55,767 nt of DNA from Octopus bimaculoides (taxonomy: Eukaryota), in the NCBI RefSeq assembly GCF_001194135.2, contig NC_068990.1, positions 90,229,965 to 90,285,731 of the forward strand, written 5' to 3'. The notes beneath the pieces are model-generated. The model saw nothing but the letters and a program-made list of their open reading frames with translations. It did not search any database and had not been told where the DNA came from. The position numbers were made by a program, and so were the translations under genes. This document shows positions 14,289-26,584 of the stretch, piece after piece (position 1 is the first letter of the stretch; every line of letters starts with the position of its first letter).

Positions 14289-14648
14289 GTATGCTTCGAG
14301 ACATAGGATGATAAGTAGTTGATGATTATTAGATTTAGAATGTTTAATTGTGCTGAAGTTTCCAATAGTCTTTGAAAGTTTAGAAAGAGATGAACTGAAG
14401 AGTAGAAATGAACTCGTGTCGAGTGAATAAGCTCTATTATTATTGCTCTCACAAACACTCTGGCTTGACTCGATATAAGAAATCGTTATATCAGCAACTT
14501 TTACAATGGAAGTGAAGAATATAATTTCAAACATCTGCTTAGAGATACTGTAAATTAGAACGGTTCCATCGATGTCTGCCGATGTGTATTGAAAATTTTT
14601 TGTCTGCCAAGTTATATCAGAGGCTAAGTTTAGAAGCGTTTGTGTATT
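14286..14648 (-). CDS. Candidate coding exon or pseudo-exon, beta-propeller (NHL/WD40)-like
   Basis: 121-codon stop-to-stop frame in AT-rich DNA: SDITWQTKNFQYTSADIDGTVLIYSI... and ADITIS...SVCESNNNRAYSLD. Possible acceptor CTTCTAAACTTAG ending at 14624. Confidence 0.3.
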
Positions 14649-17600
14649 TTAAATGAATCTAGTATCATCGATTAAAATTGATTAGGAATCTGCAAGTTGC
14701 TTCGCTAAAATAATTAAGATTCATTCAAAAGATGGGAATTAAACATGAGATCTTAATTAGAACCAAATCGTTTTCCTTTTTCTTTCTACGCAGCAAATTT
14801 TGACGCCATATAAATTTCACAACGTTAACTCAAAATTGACATAATAAAGATCAAAGGATTGAAATATATAAGCTTTCCTTCACAAAAGCAAGTCTATTAT
14901 TTCAAAATAAATACATCTGAAATTCTTAGATAATTATCTTTTATACAAAATATTTCATTATTCTTGCAGTATATTAAATCTTTGTATAAGTATATAAGTT
15001 CATAATGTATCATAATGTTAATATCTAAAAGCGAATATATGTATGTTAGAATATGTAGGTTGCTCTCACTTACGTAAATGAAATTTTTCACAGTACACGT
15101 CTTTTCCAAGACAGGTTTATATGTTATATGTTGTGTTTTGAAATTCGGTTTTTATAGATGCTGATGTAAAATATCAGAATACTGCACCCCACCAAATAAA
15201 CTTAAGCTTTGCAACAGATACTTTAAAACGTTACTGATTACAAAATCAATACATTTAGAATAATTATGCAAATTTGTATAGTATTTTGAGAATTTATAGA
15301 AAATACAAATAATTGTAAAAGAAATATTCCATTTTAGGTTATATATTTTGTTTCCGTCAAGTAGGCCATGACTAACAGATCAATAGTCAAACTATTTGAC
15401 CATAAAATAACATTTTAAGGAACGATGCATCTCATTACGTATATAAAGTATACTTTTTAAGATGGCATGTGTGGTTTGAAGGATTGGCTTCCTCACAATT
15501 TTCTCTAGCTCTGATACATTATTAATTGTAGTGTTATCAATGTATTACTGGTATCTATTTATTGCCAGCTAGAAGAAAAATGTTACAGCGCAATTCCCGA
15601 GAAGAGAGTAATTATAGTAATTTAAACCATTGTTCACTTGGCCCAGTTGTCTAGACGGTGCTGCTTCAGTAATATAGCAACAGTGTGACCAGGCACATCG
15701 GTGCTGTGTTTTAGGCAGAGTATTAGAGGAAATATCGATGTTTTGTAAAGGTTATTCCAAACGTAAATGAAACGAGTTTCAGTCAAGTGACAATTGAAAC
15801 CGTATTGACTGTACAATATCATGACCTCTGCTAAATGTTTTTCACTGTTATAAATTGATTATTAATGACATTCAGACAGGAATTACCTGATTATTCCTGT
15901 CTGTCGCAATCGATTGATATGTCTACAGCATTTCAAGCATTTAATTTCTCATGACTTCAAACAACAAAAAAAATGAGTAGTAAAATTATTTCTGAGAAAA
16001 ACTGTTGGTTTTTGATTCTGGAATGCTTAATATAAAATCAAGTTCCGTGCAGTAAAAGAAACATTTTTACCATCTTCAAAATTCAGCTATTTCTACAAGA
16101 TTTTTAACAGTTCTTTATATGTTATTTCTTTTGTTATTGTTGTCGTCAGTGGTGGTGGTGGTGTTATCAATCCGTATCGAGTAGGCACAGACCTGCCGTC
16201 AATGGCAAGGCCATCCCAAACTATTTGACCGGTATCTTCAAATTCAAGTCATGACTGCAGATACATTTGGTTGTTATTTTTAGCAAATCGACCATGAAAC
16301 GGGTTTGTTTTTGGTTCGTTTTGGTGTCTTTTGTGTGTCTATTTTATATTTTGTATCTCACGTATGTTTGTTAATGTTTCTGCAATTGAGTGGTATAAAC
16401 ATTCCAAACCTCAAGGCTTGGCACTTCTTTTGTCCGCCTAACTAAAGTCTGTCTCACGTGTAATATCTGATTGTTTTGTTTTTATTGATCCTCACGTGGC
16501 GCACTGGATTTTCACGTGGCTGAATCAGTAGAGCACCTTAGAAAATAACTTGGAGCATTTAGTTATGTCCCTTCATATTCTGAGTTCAAACTCCGCTTTG
16601 GTCGCAATTGCTTTTTTTTATCCTTCCCGAGTCGAATGAATACGCACACTCCTGGATTGATGTCAGTTGTAATCTGGGATCGATCGTTTCTCATTTATTG
16701 AGAATTTGGGACTAATTGAAAAATCCCTGGTGTGTGGTGTCATTGATAGCTATTACTTAAACAGTGGGCCTTGTCCCTCTGTATTCATGTAGATTTCCGA
16801 ATTACCATGCTGATATGCTGCTCTGATATTTGATTTCCAGACACCCACAACCGGGAAGAGAAATTGCTTCGGTTTTCGGTTATATTTTCAATGAATATGA
16901 TCTCGTATGTAGTGTGTCTGCATTTGCTGTTGTTTTATAACAAAAGGATTCGATGAATGTAACAAAAACATAAAAAAGAGGAAACATTCTTTCATGTAAA
17001 TACATTAAAACAGGTGAAGTGTTTCGCAACAATTCACGGCCTTTAAAGGATCCAATATATAATATGGCTGCTTAAGTAAAGTCAGTTGTTGATAATGCAA
17101 AATCGCTCAGACACATACGTATCAACGTTGTTTCCTTTTCGCTCACGTTTATACAGATACCTACGCATTCGTACAAACATATTCACGCCTACTGAAAAGC
17201 AAAACTTAGAATAAACATGCCATAAAACCAAAATATATACCAGCTGCACAAATATTTAAATATCACGAGAGGTATGAAATGAAGAGGAGAGACAAAGATA
17301 GCGAGTGAGAGACAAAGGAGGAAAAAAGAGAGAGAATGAGAGGAGTGTAAAAGAAAGACCATAAGGGAATAACGATAAAGAACTGGGGTAGATTCGATTA
17401 AGCTAGTATTTTATTGATTAAAGCTGACGACAAATATTTATTATTGGATTTTTCATTGCTCTGCAACTTTCAGTGAAACGAAATAGGTGCTGAGAGCTAT
17501 TGGCCTGTATTATAATAGAATTAACTATTGCTGAAGGGTAAGGAATATTCTGCAACAAAACTAACGATGAAGAGAGAGCAGTGTAAATGAAACGTATCAG

Positions 17601-17734
17601 TTTACTAGGAAAAATGGCGATTTACTGTTGAGATTTCAGCAAGCATGCGCAAAGATACGGTTTCAGATCTTTCACATGCAAATACAAGAATTACTGTTTT
17701 ATTTTATAAATAAAGAAACTGTACAGTTCTATAT

Positions 17735-17904
17735 TTAAGAGATGAGGAAGTATGTACATTATTTACATTATTTACATTTGACGGATATTTGTCCTCATCT
17801 TGCTTGTTGTTAACACAACGTTTCGGTTGATATACCCTCCAGCCTTCATCAGGTGTCTTGGGGAAATTTCGAACCTGGGTTCTCATTCCTAAAGTATTTT
17901 TTGA

Positions 17905-17908
<4 letters not shown>
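17735..17908 (-). mobile_element. Hammerhead-bearing short retroposon, copy 1 (linker + ribozyme + 3' hairpin; no head seen)
   Basis: Shares the linker TAACATCGAAAAATACCTTAGGAATGAGAACCCAGGTTCGAAATTTCCCCAAGACAC with 41855-41927 and 54579-54647, and abuts a (TTA)n tract. Confidence 0.8.
17812..17857 (-). ncRNA. Minimal type I hammerhead ribozyme motif (PLE style)
   Basis: Minus strand reads GACAC-CUGAUGA-A-GGCUG(gagggUAUAU)CAACC-GAA-ACGU-U-GUGUU. Helix I is GACAC/GUGUU (5 bp), the core CUGAUGA and GAAA is intact, helix II has one C-A mismatch, and helix III is the palindromic ACGU. Predicted cleavage between 17817 and 17816. Confidence 0.75.
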
Positions 17909-17965
<57 letters not shown>

Positions 17966-18497
17966 ACATCGAAAAATACCTTAGAAATGAGAGCTCCTNN
18001 NNNNNNNNNNNNNNNNNNNNNNNNNNNNNNNNNNNNNNNNNNNNNNNNNNNNNNNNNNNNNNNNNNNNNNNNNNNNNNNNNNNNNNNNNNNNNNNNNNNN
18101 NNNNNNNNNNNNNNNNNNNNNNNNNNNNNNNNNNNNNNNNNNNNNNNNNNNNNNNNNNNNNNNNNNNNNNNNNNNNNNNNNNNNNNNNNNNNNNNNNNNN
18201 NNNNNNNNNNNNNNNNNNNNNNNNNNNNNNNNNNNNNNNNNNNNNNNNNNNNNNNNNNNNNNNNNNNNNNNNNNNNNNNNNNNNNNNNNNNNNNNNNNNN
18301 NNNNNNNNNNNNNNNNNNNNNNNNNNNNNNNNNNNNNNNNNNNNNNNNNNNNNNNNNNNNNNNNNNNNNNNNNNNNNNNNNNNNNNNNNNNNNNNNNNNN
18401 NNNNNNNNNNNNNNNNNNNNNNNNNNNNNNNNNNNNNNNNNNNNNNNNNNNNNNNNNNNNNNNNNNNNNNNNNNNNNNNNNNNNNNNNNNNNNNNNN

Positions 18498-18529
<32 letters not shown>

Positions 18530-18850
18530 CTACCTGCATATATGGGTACAGGACGTCACTAGCAGTGCAAATAACAAAAAAAAAAAACGTGAACAAAGAG
18601 TAAAAATGGAAAATAGGACAAGTCCAGACAGAGAATGCTCGAAATGAAAAGTAGATAAACAGCCAACAACTGTGTTCACTTGTCCTGTTTTCTATCTTTT
18701 CTCGTTGTTCACGTATTTCACTCATTTTCCCCTCGTTTTTTTACGTATTTCAAGTTATTTGCACTGCCGGTGACGTCCCGTACCCATATATATATATTAT
18801 ATACTATTTATTGTTATATATGTATTTATATGTATGTATATATATGTATT

Positions 18851-18892
<42 letters not shown>

Positions 18893-20040
18893 TTGCGTCG
18901 TCATTGTATTTGCCTTGTTGGTTTGTTTATGTGTCCGTAACTCAACATTTCCGCGAATGGAACAGAAGTAGTACATGCACCAGACTTAAACTAAGCTCTG
19001 GAGTTGATTTGTTCGAGTAACCATACAAAGCAGTGTTCCAGTATGGCCACAGCCGAATCACAGATCCAATTAGAAAAGAATAAAATAGTAAACACAGCTT
19101 TGCCAAATTTGGGAACGTGTTATTTCTGCCTATGCCGATGTCTGTAGAATGTAATATTGTATTATACCTCAACTTTATACTAATTACAAACAAGATAGAA
19201 TAGTAATAGGATTACTAATTACAAACAGAATTTCTTTTTTATATTTCCCTCTTTTCGACACATTCCTTAACAACCACAAAATCTTTCATTCAATAGCTCA
19301 GTGAGTATAGCTCTTAAGGTGTTCATCAAACTCATTTCTTCATAACATTACTTGTTCTTGTTAAGTCAATTGCTATATTTATTTCGCCATTCACGTCATA
19401 GAAAACTACGTGCCTTCTGAGTGCTGAAATTCTATAAGACCTTTACATTATCGTCTTTTAAGCTTTTAAGTACGAAATTCCAGTGAGTAGCATAAAACAC
19501 TTTTCTTTAGAGAGTTTAAACGAGTTGCTAGGTGTTTGTCGAATAGATGTGCTTCATTGTATCCAAGCCATATTTGACAGTTACAACTGAATATCCACAT
19601 ATGATAATAAGTTGTGTTATTTTACTATTCAGAAAGTATCTTACTAAGTTTGTCAACTATTTTACCGAAGTTATAAAGGCGGCGAGGTGTCAGAGTCCTC
19701 GCTTTGTCGGAGAAAATGTTTTGCAGCACTTTTTCCGGTTTTTAACATCTTGTGTTCATATGGTACCGAGATCCAATTTACCTTTCATCCTTTTAAAAGT
19801 GACAAAATAAGTACCAGTTGTGCATTGGGGTCAATGAAATTGACTTGACGCCTTCTCAAAATGACAGACCTTGGACCAAAAACTAGAGAGATATTACCGA
19901 AATTTTAGATGCCTCTCGATGTTTCCAATGAAGACCTCCATTCTCTATATGGTAAATTTCCCTTATGTTGCTTAGTTTAGAATGTACATACTTATTAGGG
20001 CAAAGAGTTACAGTAAAGAGTGCAGTTACAGCAAAGAGTG

Positions 20041-20279
20041 CAGTAATCTATCGCCATATCACGGTTCACCTACCGCGGTTCACATATCGCGGTTTATTAT
20101 TTAAGCTTACGTCGATTCCTCCGTGGTGTTGTTTTACATTTATTATAAAATAAATATATACAAATTATAAAAATAATTTTAAAAAAAACATACAGTGCAG
20201 TGCTGTTTCTACTTCGCGGATTTTCACCTATCGCGGGAGGTTTTGGACCGTAACACCCGCGATAGTCGAGAGATTACTG
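20041..20279 (-). mobile_element. Pogo/Tigger-like MITE, copy 1
   Basis: Termini CAGTAATCTATCG...CGAGAGATTACTG followed by TA. The body is the reverse complement of 22197-22416. Confidence 0.8.
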
Positions 20280-20581
20280 TATATAATTATGCGTGGTTAT
20301 TCACTTACCGCAAGGGTTCGGCAACTTTATGGCTGTCACTGCAGTTTCGGCCTAGGTCAACTTTAATCATGTAAACTCTATGATCACAGGTAACCCAACC
20401 ATAGCCACCTCGATTTTTGTTTATCTTGGGCAGTATTGTTCAATGTGACGTTAATCTTTTAAGGCAGTAATCTCTGTTATGAGGATATATGAATATTATA
20501 CAAGCACAGATTCAACAACTGCTCTGAAGACCTGTCTCTTCAATTTGGATAATCATGTACCTTCCCTACAGCATCTATGTT

Positions 20582-20650
20582 ACCGGAATGTTACGGGCAG
20601 TGTTCAACATTTCTTGGAGGGAGCACCCCAAAAAATAAAAGCTCTATGTC
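20582..20650 (+). mobile_element. RTE-like LINE C-terminal remnant
   Basis: TGMLRAVFNISWREHPKK*KLY resembles the post-RT motif YTRMLRA.LN.SW..HPTN..LY. Confidence 0.45.
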
Positions 20651-21273
20651 CATACATCTTATACGATCGACAACTAAGAGTTACTTCAGGATTTACATCG
20701 ACCCCCATCGACCTCACTTGTCTGAGAAGTTTTAGAAAATTCTTTCGGCCAAATCCAAATCATTAAAATGAAATAAATAAATAAATAGGTAAATAAAGCT
20801 ATTAAATCCCCTGTTTTAAGTCTTATTTTTTAAAATTGCGATGCTTATTTTTAAATATGGCTGAAATGTTAGCTAATGATTGCTTCAAAATCGAATACAG
20901 CATTCATTCAACTCAAACGACATCTCAATATTATTTAAAGACGATTTAAAAATACACCCACCCAAACGTTTATTAAAACAACAAACCTCAGCTAGGAAAG
21001 GAAATAAATCGATTTGGACATTGGTAATACGGCCTCGGGAAAAAAGAAAACAGAAAATTTCAAAATAAATTTAAGACGGACAGAATGATTCGTGCGATTT
21101 ATCAATAAGCAGTGTTGAGAGGGACTACTTAGTTTATTAATACGAAGTTCGGAGAAGTGGAATTGGTGAAAATGAGACTCATCAATTTTCGTAATGAGGG
21201 TGAATTTCCTCTTCAATATGACACATAATTAGCGTCATTTGCCAATATCGGATTTTTTTTTTTAAATACAAAA

Positions 21274-21361
21274 TCATCATCATCATCATCATCATATTCT
21301 TTTCACTACGACCACAAAAATCATTATCATCCTCATCCTACTCATCAGAATTGTCCCTACC

Positions 21362-21393
<32 letters not shown>

Positions 21394-21418
21394 CAACACC
21401 ACCACCACCACCACCACC

Positions 21419-21450
<32 letters not shown>

Positions 21451-21650
21451 CACCAACAACACCACCAACATCATCATCATCATCGTCATCATCCTAGCCA
21501 CCACCTCTCACCACCGCGACCACTGTCACCACCACCACCATCGTCATCATCCTAGCCACCACCTCGCACCATCACCACCACCACCACCACCAACAACAAC
21601 AACAAAGCCACCACCACTACCCCTCCCACCACCACCGTCGTCGTCGTCGT
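21274..21650. repeat. Compound (CAT)/(CAC)/(CAA) trinucleotide tract
   Basis: Seen directly; includes a duplicated CATCGTCATCATCCTAGCCACCACCTC block. Confidence 0.95.
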
Positions 21651-22062
21651 TTGGTTCCTTCTCATCATAATCAGCTGTCAGTTTTCCTGATATAGCTGAT
21701 CGTTCTATTGCTAGTAGCCATTCTCTAATCAGTCTGAATAATTACCACGGTGCTCGAAGCTATATTAATCTCAAACCAGGACAGTTAAATGCGTAACCAC
21801 TTCTATTGCAATTATATGTCCTTCATATAATGTAATACCGCCAAGAAGAAAACAAAAACAAAAAAAGACTGAAGCTCTAACCTGCACACAACTGAGATGT
21901 TCTCTCGTAATTCCCTCATCTTTAACTAGTTTTAAAGTGCATATTCTTTAAAAGAATACGGTAATTGGGAATCGTCTCTATATCAAGGCTATTAACACCG
22001 TTTTAAGAGAAGTAACCTTGTACCAAACGGAATCGTGATATCAGGTTAGCCTCCAGATGTTA

Positions 22063-22190
22063 CTACGAAGTCTGATCAATAAGTATCCGGACTTTCGCCA
22101 TAGTAAGGAAGCTTAAGCACGCATGGTGAAACCGCTTGGAAAAACATTGACCTTGAACTCTGCTGTGCATACGCACTAAGTATTAAATAA
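22063..22190 (+). mobile_element. Mariner-type terminal fragment
   Basis: TACGAAGTCTGATCAATAAGTATCCGGAC resembles the TIR at 43985-44014. Confidence 0.55.
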
Positions 22191-22196
22191 AACATA

Positions 22197-22416
22197 CAGT
22201 AATCCCTCGACTATTGCAGGTGTTACGTTCCAAAACCTCCCGCGATAGGTGAAAATCCGCGAAGTAGAAACAGTATTGTACTGTATGTTTAAAAAAAAAA
22301 TTATAATTTGTATATATTTATTTTATTATAAATGCAAAACAACATCACGGAGGAATCGACGTAAGCTTAAATAATAAGCCGCGATAGGCGAAGCGAAATA
22401 TGGCGAGGGATTGCTG
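22197..22416 (+). mobile_element. Pogo/Tigger-like MITE, copy 2
   Basis: TA-CAGTAATCCCTCG...CGAGGGATTGCTG TIRs, same body as 20041-20279. Confidence 0.8.
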
Positions 22417-24119
22417 TGATCAAATATTTGAAGCTATTTCTAATTACTTACATCGAATGGGTTGTATACTCTGGAGTATTCTCTCAATCGAGTTAAAAAA
22501 AGCATTTTCATGTTTGAAATAAATGACCCTCAACCGATTCATTTCGTTTCATTTTACTTCAAGATAACATTCAGACCAACAAACCTCACTGTCACCAAAA
22601 TCATTTTAACCGTGACCGTTGTCCCTTTAAGGAGGTAGCTGAGGTTGCATTTTCTAATATTTAAGACGGTAGATAGAAATTTGATGGAAATTTTTGTAGC
22701 TATTTCCAGCTGCTCATGGGACTGCGAAATGGTTACTCTTTGGGGATTCGAGCATTGGTTCCTCTTGTTATTTCTCTTTAAGTAGAAAAAGTTAAAGAAC
22801 AATATATTATTTTGACTTACATTTTATTATTCTCCTTAGATACATCATTTTTAGTTCGTCTCAGTAAGTACGGCAGTAACAAAAAAGAAATTCCGCTTCA
22901 TGATATATTTGATTGGTCAGTCACTTTATAGATATCTATCTGGAATGCATTAAACCATAACGTCTGTATACTTAGATGCGTTAATCTATTCTTGTTTATC
23001 GACTTCTAGAAGAAGAAAGATATACTATTTACGTCAAGCTATATCTATTAATGTAAGTCAACAGAGCGTGTATATCTTAAACTGTTTTGACAATGATTAG
23101 AAGAAAATAATATAATACGAATAAATAAATGAAAAGAATGCGAATACGAAACAACAAACTTTACATGCTTCCGAAGTAAGACAGCGTTTCTCTAATGTAT
23201 TTGACAAAGAAAATCATTCGATCAATACATCTAGATCTTATCGTATGTTTTTAGATGTCCATCTTCTTCGGGCAAATATTGACTTGTGAAACATTTAGAT
23301 TCGAGTAAATATATATGCGATACTAATGCAGAATGGAGGTTGATTTGAAATGTGTACAAAGTGCACATAACAAAACACACAGGCATTCTTAGATATCTTT
23401 TAAAAAACAGCATCGGATTCGTATAAAAAAAGGACATCATGCTGAGATACGAATTAGTTTGGTAAAGACCAAAGATCAGTAATAAGATAAAAAATTGAAT
23501 GAAAATTGGATGAAAATTGTGACCCCCATCTGTGATAAAAAGGAGGTTGATGTTGTAGACTGGAAGCAATAATGGAAAATTAGATACGTTAAGAGATTCT
23601 TGAGCTCCCCACAGACTGTCTCATTTGGAGAAGACTTATGGATTTCATAACATACAGCTTTTTTTTTCTTCAGAGCTCAGGCACATGATGTTACAGAAGT
23701 ATGTTTCGTACATTTACATGCTACATGGGATCGAATCCGCATTTTAATTGCCCTTTATCCTGCAGAGAAAAATACATTTTATTTACTCGAACGTGCATTG
23801 TGTGTACAAGTAAACTCCAAAAATGAATGGAAAATCCAGAGTACTGTCGATTAGCTACATCAAATTGAATATCACATTAAAATGCTACAATAATAATAAG
23901 AACAGCATTGTATAATTTCCAGGAATATTGACATATCATTTCTTAAATTTATAGTTTTTCTCCATTTTGTTCCATTTTGTTTGTTGCAATGTGAACAAAT
24001 ACTGCAATCTTTGGTAAATACTACAGTATAAAAACTCCAAATTCCTAGCCGTTGTTGCAATCCACGTTATCAAAATACACTCAGTACTACTATTTCTCGT
24101 TAATGTTACAGTCAACATG

Positions 24120-24371
24120 GCCAAATTGCCAACCATGAGTCGATAGTGTCAAATTGCTAACCATGAGTCAGCACTGCCAATTTGCTAACCATGAGTCAGC
24201 ATTGCCAAATTGCTGACCATGAGTTGATAGTGCCAAATTGCTAACCATGAGATGATAGGGCCAAATTGCTAGCCACGAGTCAGCACTAGCAAATTGCTAA
24301 CCATGAGTCAACACTGCCAATTTGCTAACCATGAATCAATACTACCAAATTGCTAACCATGAGTTAATACT
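24120..24371 (+). repeat. 28-bp minisatellite, 9 complete units
   Basis: Consensus GCCAAATTGCTAACCATGAGTCAGCACT, with units counted directly at a 28-nt period. Confidence 0.95.
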
Positions 24372-24378
24372 ACCAATT

Positions 24379-24458
24379 GGCACCTTGGGCATGTGTCTTC
24401 TACTATAGCCTCGGGCCGACCAAAACCTTGTGAGTGGATTTGGTAGACGGAAACTGGA
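24379..24458 (+). mobile_element. Second SINE family, internal segment. Other pieces at ~8120-8250, 18900-19055, 27595-27725, 29128-29168, 45755-45860, 45895-46130 and 51205-51288
   Basis: Shared GGCACCTTGGGCA.GTGTCTTCTACTATAGCCTCGGGCCGACCAAAACCTTGTGAGTGGATTTGGTAGACGGAAACTG, and downstream TTGACAACCG.TG.TGGTGT.TTTAC.TCCCC.TAAC..AGCGGTTCGG and GGCGGTGCTCCAGCATGGCC motifs. Confidence 0.8.
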
Positions 24459-24774
24459 TTTGTATTATGAGCTTTTTTATTTTAAAACAAACTATATTTT
24501 AATTAAGTTTAAATGATAGAGCCTAATTCGAAGAATTTCATGGCATCAATCTCCCTAAAATATGTTAATAGTCGGGAGAACTGCAGCAGTCGGATATAAA
24601 CGGGTTTTGAAGGAAAAGAACTGCCAAAATTGAGGTCCTTTTTAGAAGCGCTTGTGCCTTACACGCTATGAAAAGTGGTAATAATTTTTTCCCAATATTC
24701 TCTACTGGATTTTGATATCTGATAAATATTCATATTAACGAATTAGCATAATAATTAGGATTTATTCAAATGCA

Positions 24775-24975
24775 TGACAGAATGGTTGGCACATCGGACA
24801 AAACACTTAACAGCATTTCGTGTCTTTACTTTCTGGGTTCAAATTCTGCGGTGTCCTACGATGCATTTCTTCCTTTCGAGGTCAATGAAATAAGTACCAG
24901 CTAAGCCCTTGGGTCAATGTAGTCGACTAGTCCCCTCTCAGAAAATTTCAGGCCCTGTTCCTAGAAAAGAAATGA
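24775..24975 (+). mobile_element. Diverged SINE copy (Deu/Nin-like). Further decayed copies at ~16515-16690, 19715-19895, 33341-33403 (head only), 35200-35310, 36640-36710 and 38560-38720
   Basis: GGGTTCAAATTC B box and CCTTTCGAGGTCAATGAAATAAGTACCAG; the same motifs recur at the listed loci. Confidence 0.7.
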
Positions 24976-26548
24976 TATTTCATACTCGCTGAACTCATAT
25001 ACGCTTCTAATCTTCATCAATACAGATTTATTCGAAACTATAGACACCAACGTATCTGTACAATAATAATGACCATTTAATTACACTATATCCTTTTCTA
25101 ATTCATCTATATTCAGATAAATCCACATAGGTACGGAATGATATAGAACAATCTTTAATCTCATAGGTTTTTTTTTCTGAAATTTAGCTGAAACACACGA
25201 TATATTTTCTTTCTTAGATATTTTCATTTGTTTCCAAATAAATACTGAATAACATCCAGTGACCTGATACGCGCTTCATACTTCTTCCATACGTTCCCTT
25301 TAATCATTTTACTTTAATATTATCATAGAAATTATTCGCACAAATACAAGGGATTTTTCAAATCCATTGAATATGATTTCTCTTTCTTGTTCTTTTTTTT
25401 TTGTTGGCGTTTCATCATTTTTATTGGCGTTTCCAAATTTTCTTCATCAATATCCTTGGTGTTTTCATCTTTCATGACATTTCTGCCGATAGCGCGAGTG
25501 GAGTCGTTGGTCTCAAGATTAGAATTCAAAGCCCTGAGGTCATTTGCTGGAAAGTTCTATTTAATATGGAAAAAGAATCACGAATTCGGTCACCACATTA
25601 CCTAATCCTCACAACCCTTGTATCCCTGGTAAAAACTATATTGAGATGATAGGTGGTCTGTCCGATAAAAGAGAGATTCCAGGGCTTTAGTGAGTTACAG
25701 ACTGGCTTGAATCTTTCTTGTAGATCGATGACAGCCGCTTCCACTGAAATCTTCCCAAGCAGCAAACGCTATGGCGCTCAGAGTTTGTCTGCGGGTGATC
25801 CAGTCATAAACAGACGACNNNNNNNNNNCCAAGCAGCAAACACTATGGCGCTCAGAGTTTGTCTGCCGGTGATCCAGTCATAAACAGACGACTGCGTGGT
25901 TATATAACAGCGTAGGTGAAAGGTCAGCATATTTTATACGATCTGAGAGCAAAACAAAAGTTTTTTTTACTTTTCTATTTGATAAAGAATAATCGTTAAT
26001 CTCTAATATTTTCTCTATTTGGAATACAATTTCTCATGCATATTTGAATCAGAGCGCATCTTATCATTTAGGAGATTATGTCCCTTAAACCGTAACTTTA
26101 AATGAACTCCATAGAATCTTACTTCGATTTCTTTCTGAATAGTTCACTCACCAAACTGTCATATAGAACATATAAATGCCATTTATTCAATACAATATTC
26201 TCTTATACGCTTGTATTTTTATGTTAACTACTCAAACGACCCGCTCTCTTATATATTTCCCTCATGTGAGCACACTCTGTATTTACTCGAGTACAATGCA
26301 ATGTCGAATATAATGGGATCCCATATATTTCTATCTAAAAATCAGCAATATATTTTATCCAGATATCTTTTTCTTATAGACTCGAGTATTATGCTACCTC
26401 TAATATTGCCGCTGACGTTTTGAATTGAATATTTCGCATTATAAACATATAAATACAACGTCTGTTTACACCTTTTCATGTATTTTTCCCTTTAATACTA
26501 TGAAATAGTTGATAAAAAGTAACTTCTTATTGAAGAGATTTAATTATA

Positions 26549-26584
<36 letters not shown>

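Noticed and set aside
23235-23275. Minus-strand CCGAAGAAGATGGACATCTAAAAAC as a hammerhead
   Set aside because: Both core boxes are damaged and the helices are unconvincing.
24120-24371. CRISPR-like array
   Set aside because: Units are contiguous with no unique spacers, there are no cas genes, and the context is eukaryotic.
25755-25892. 64-bp tandem duplication with two differences
   Set aside because: The copies sit either side of a 10-N gap, typical of unmerged haplotype overlap in assembly.
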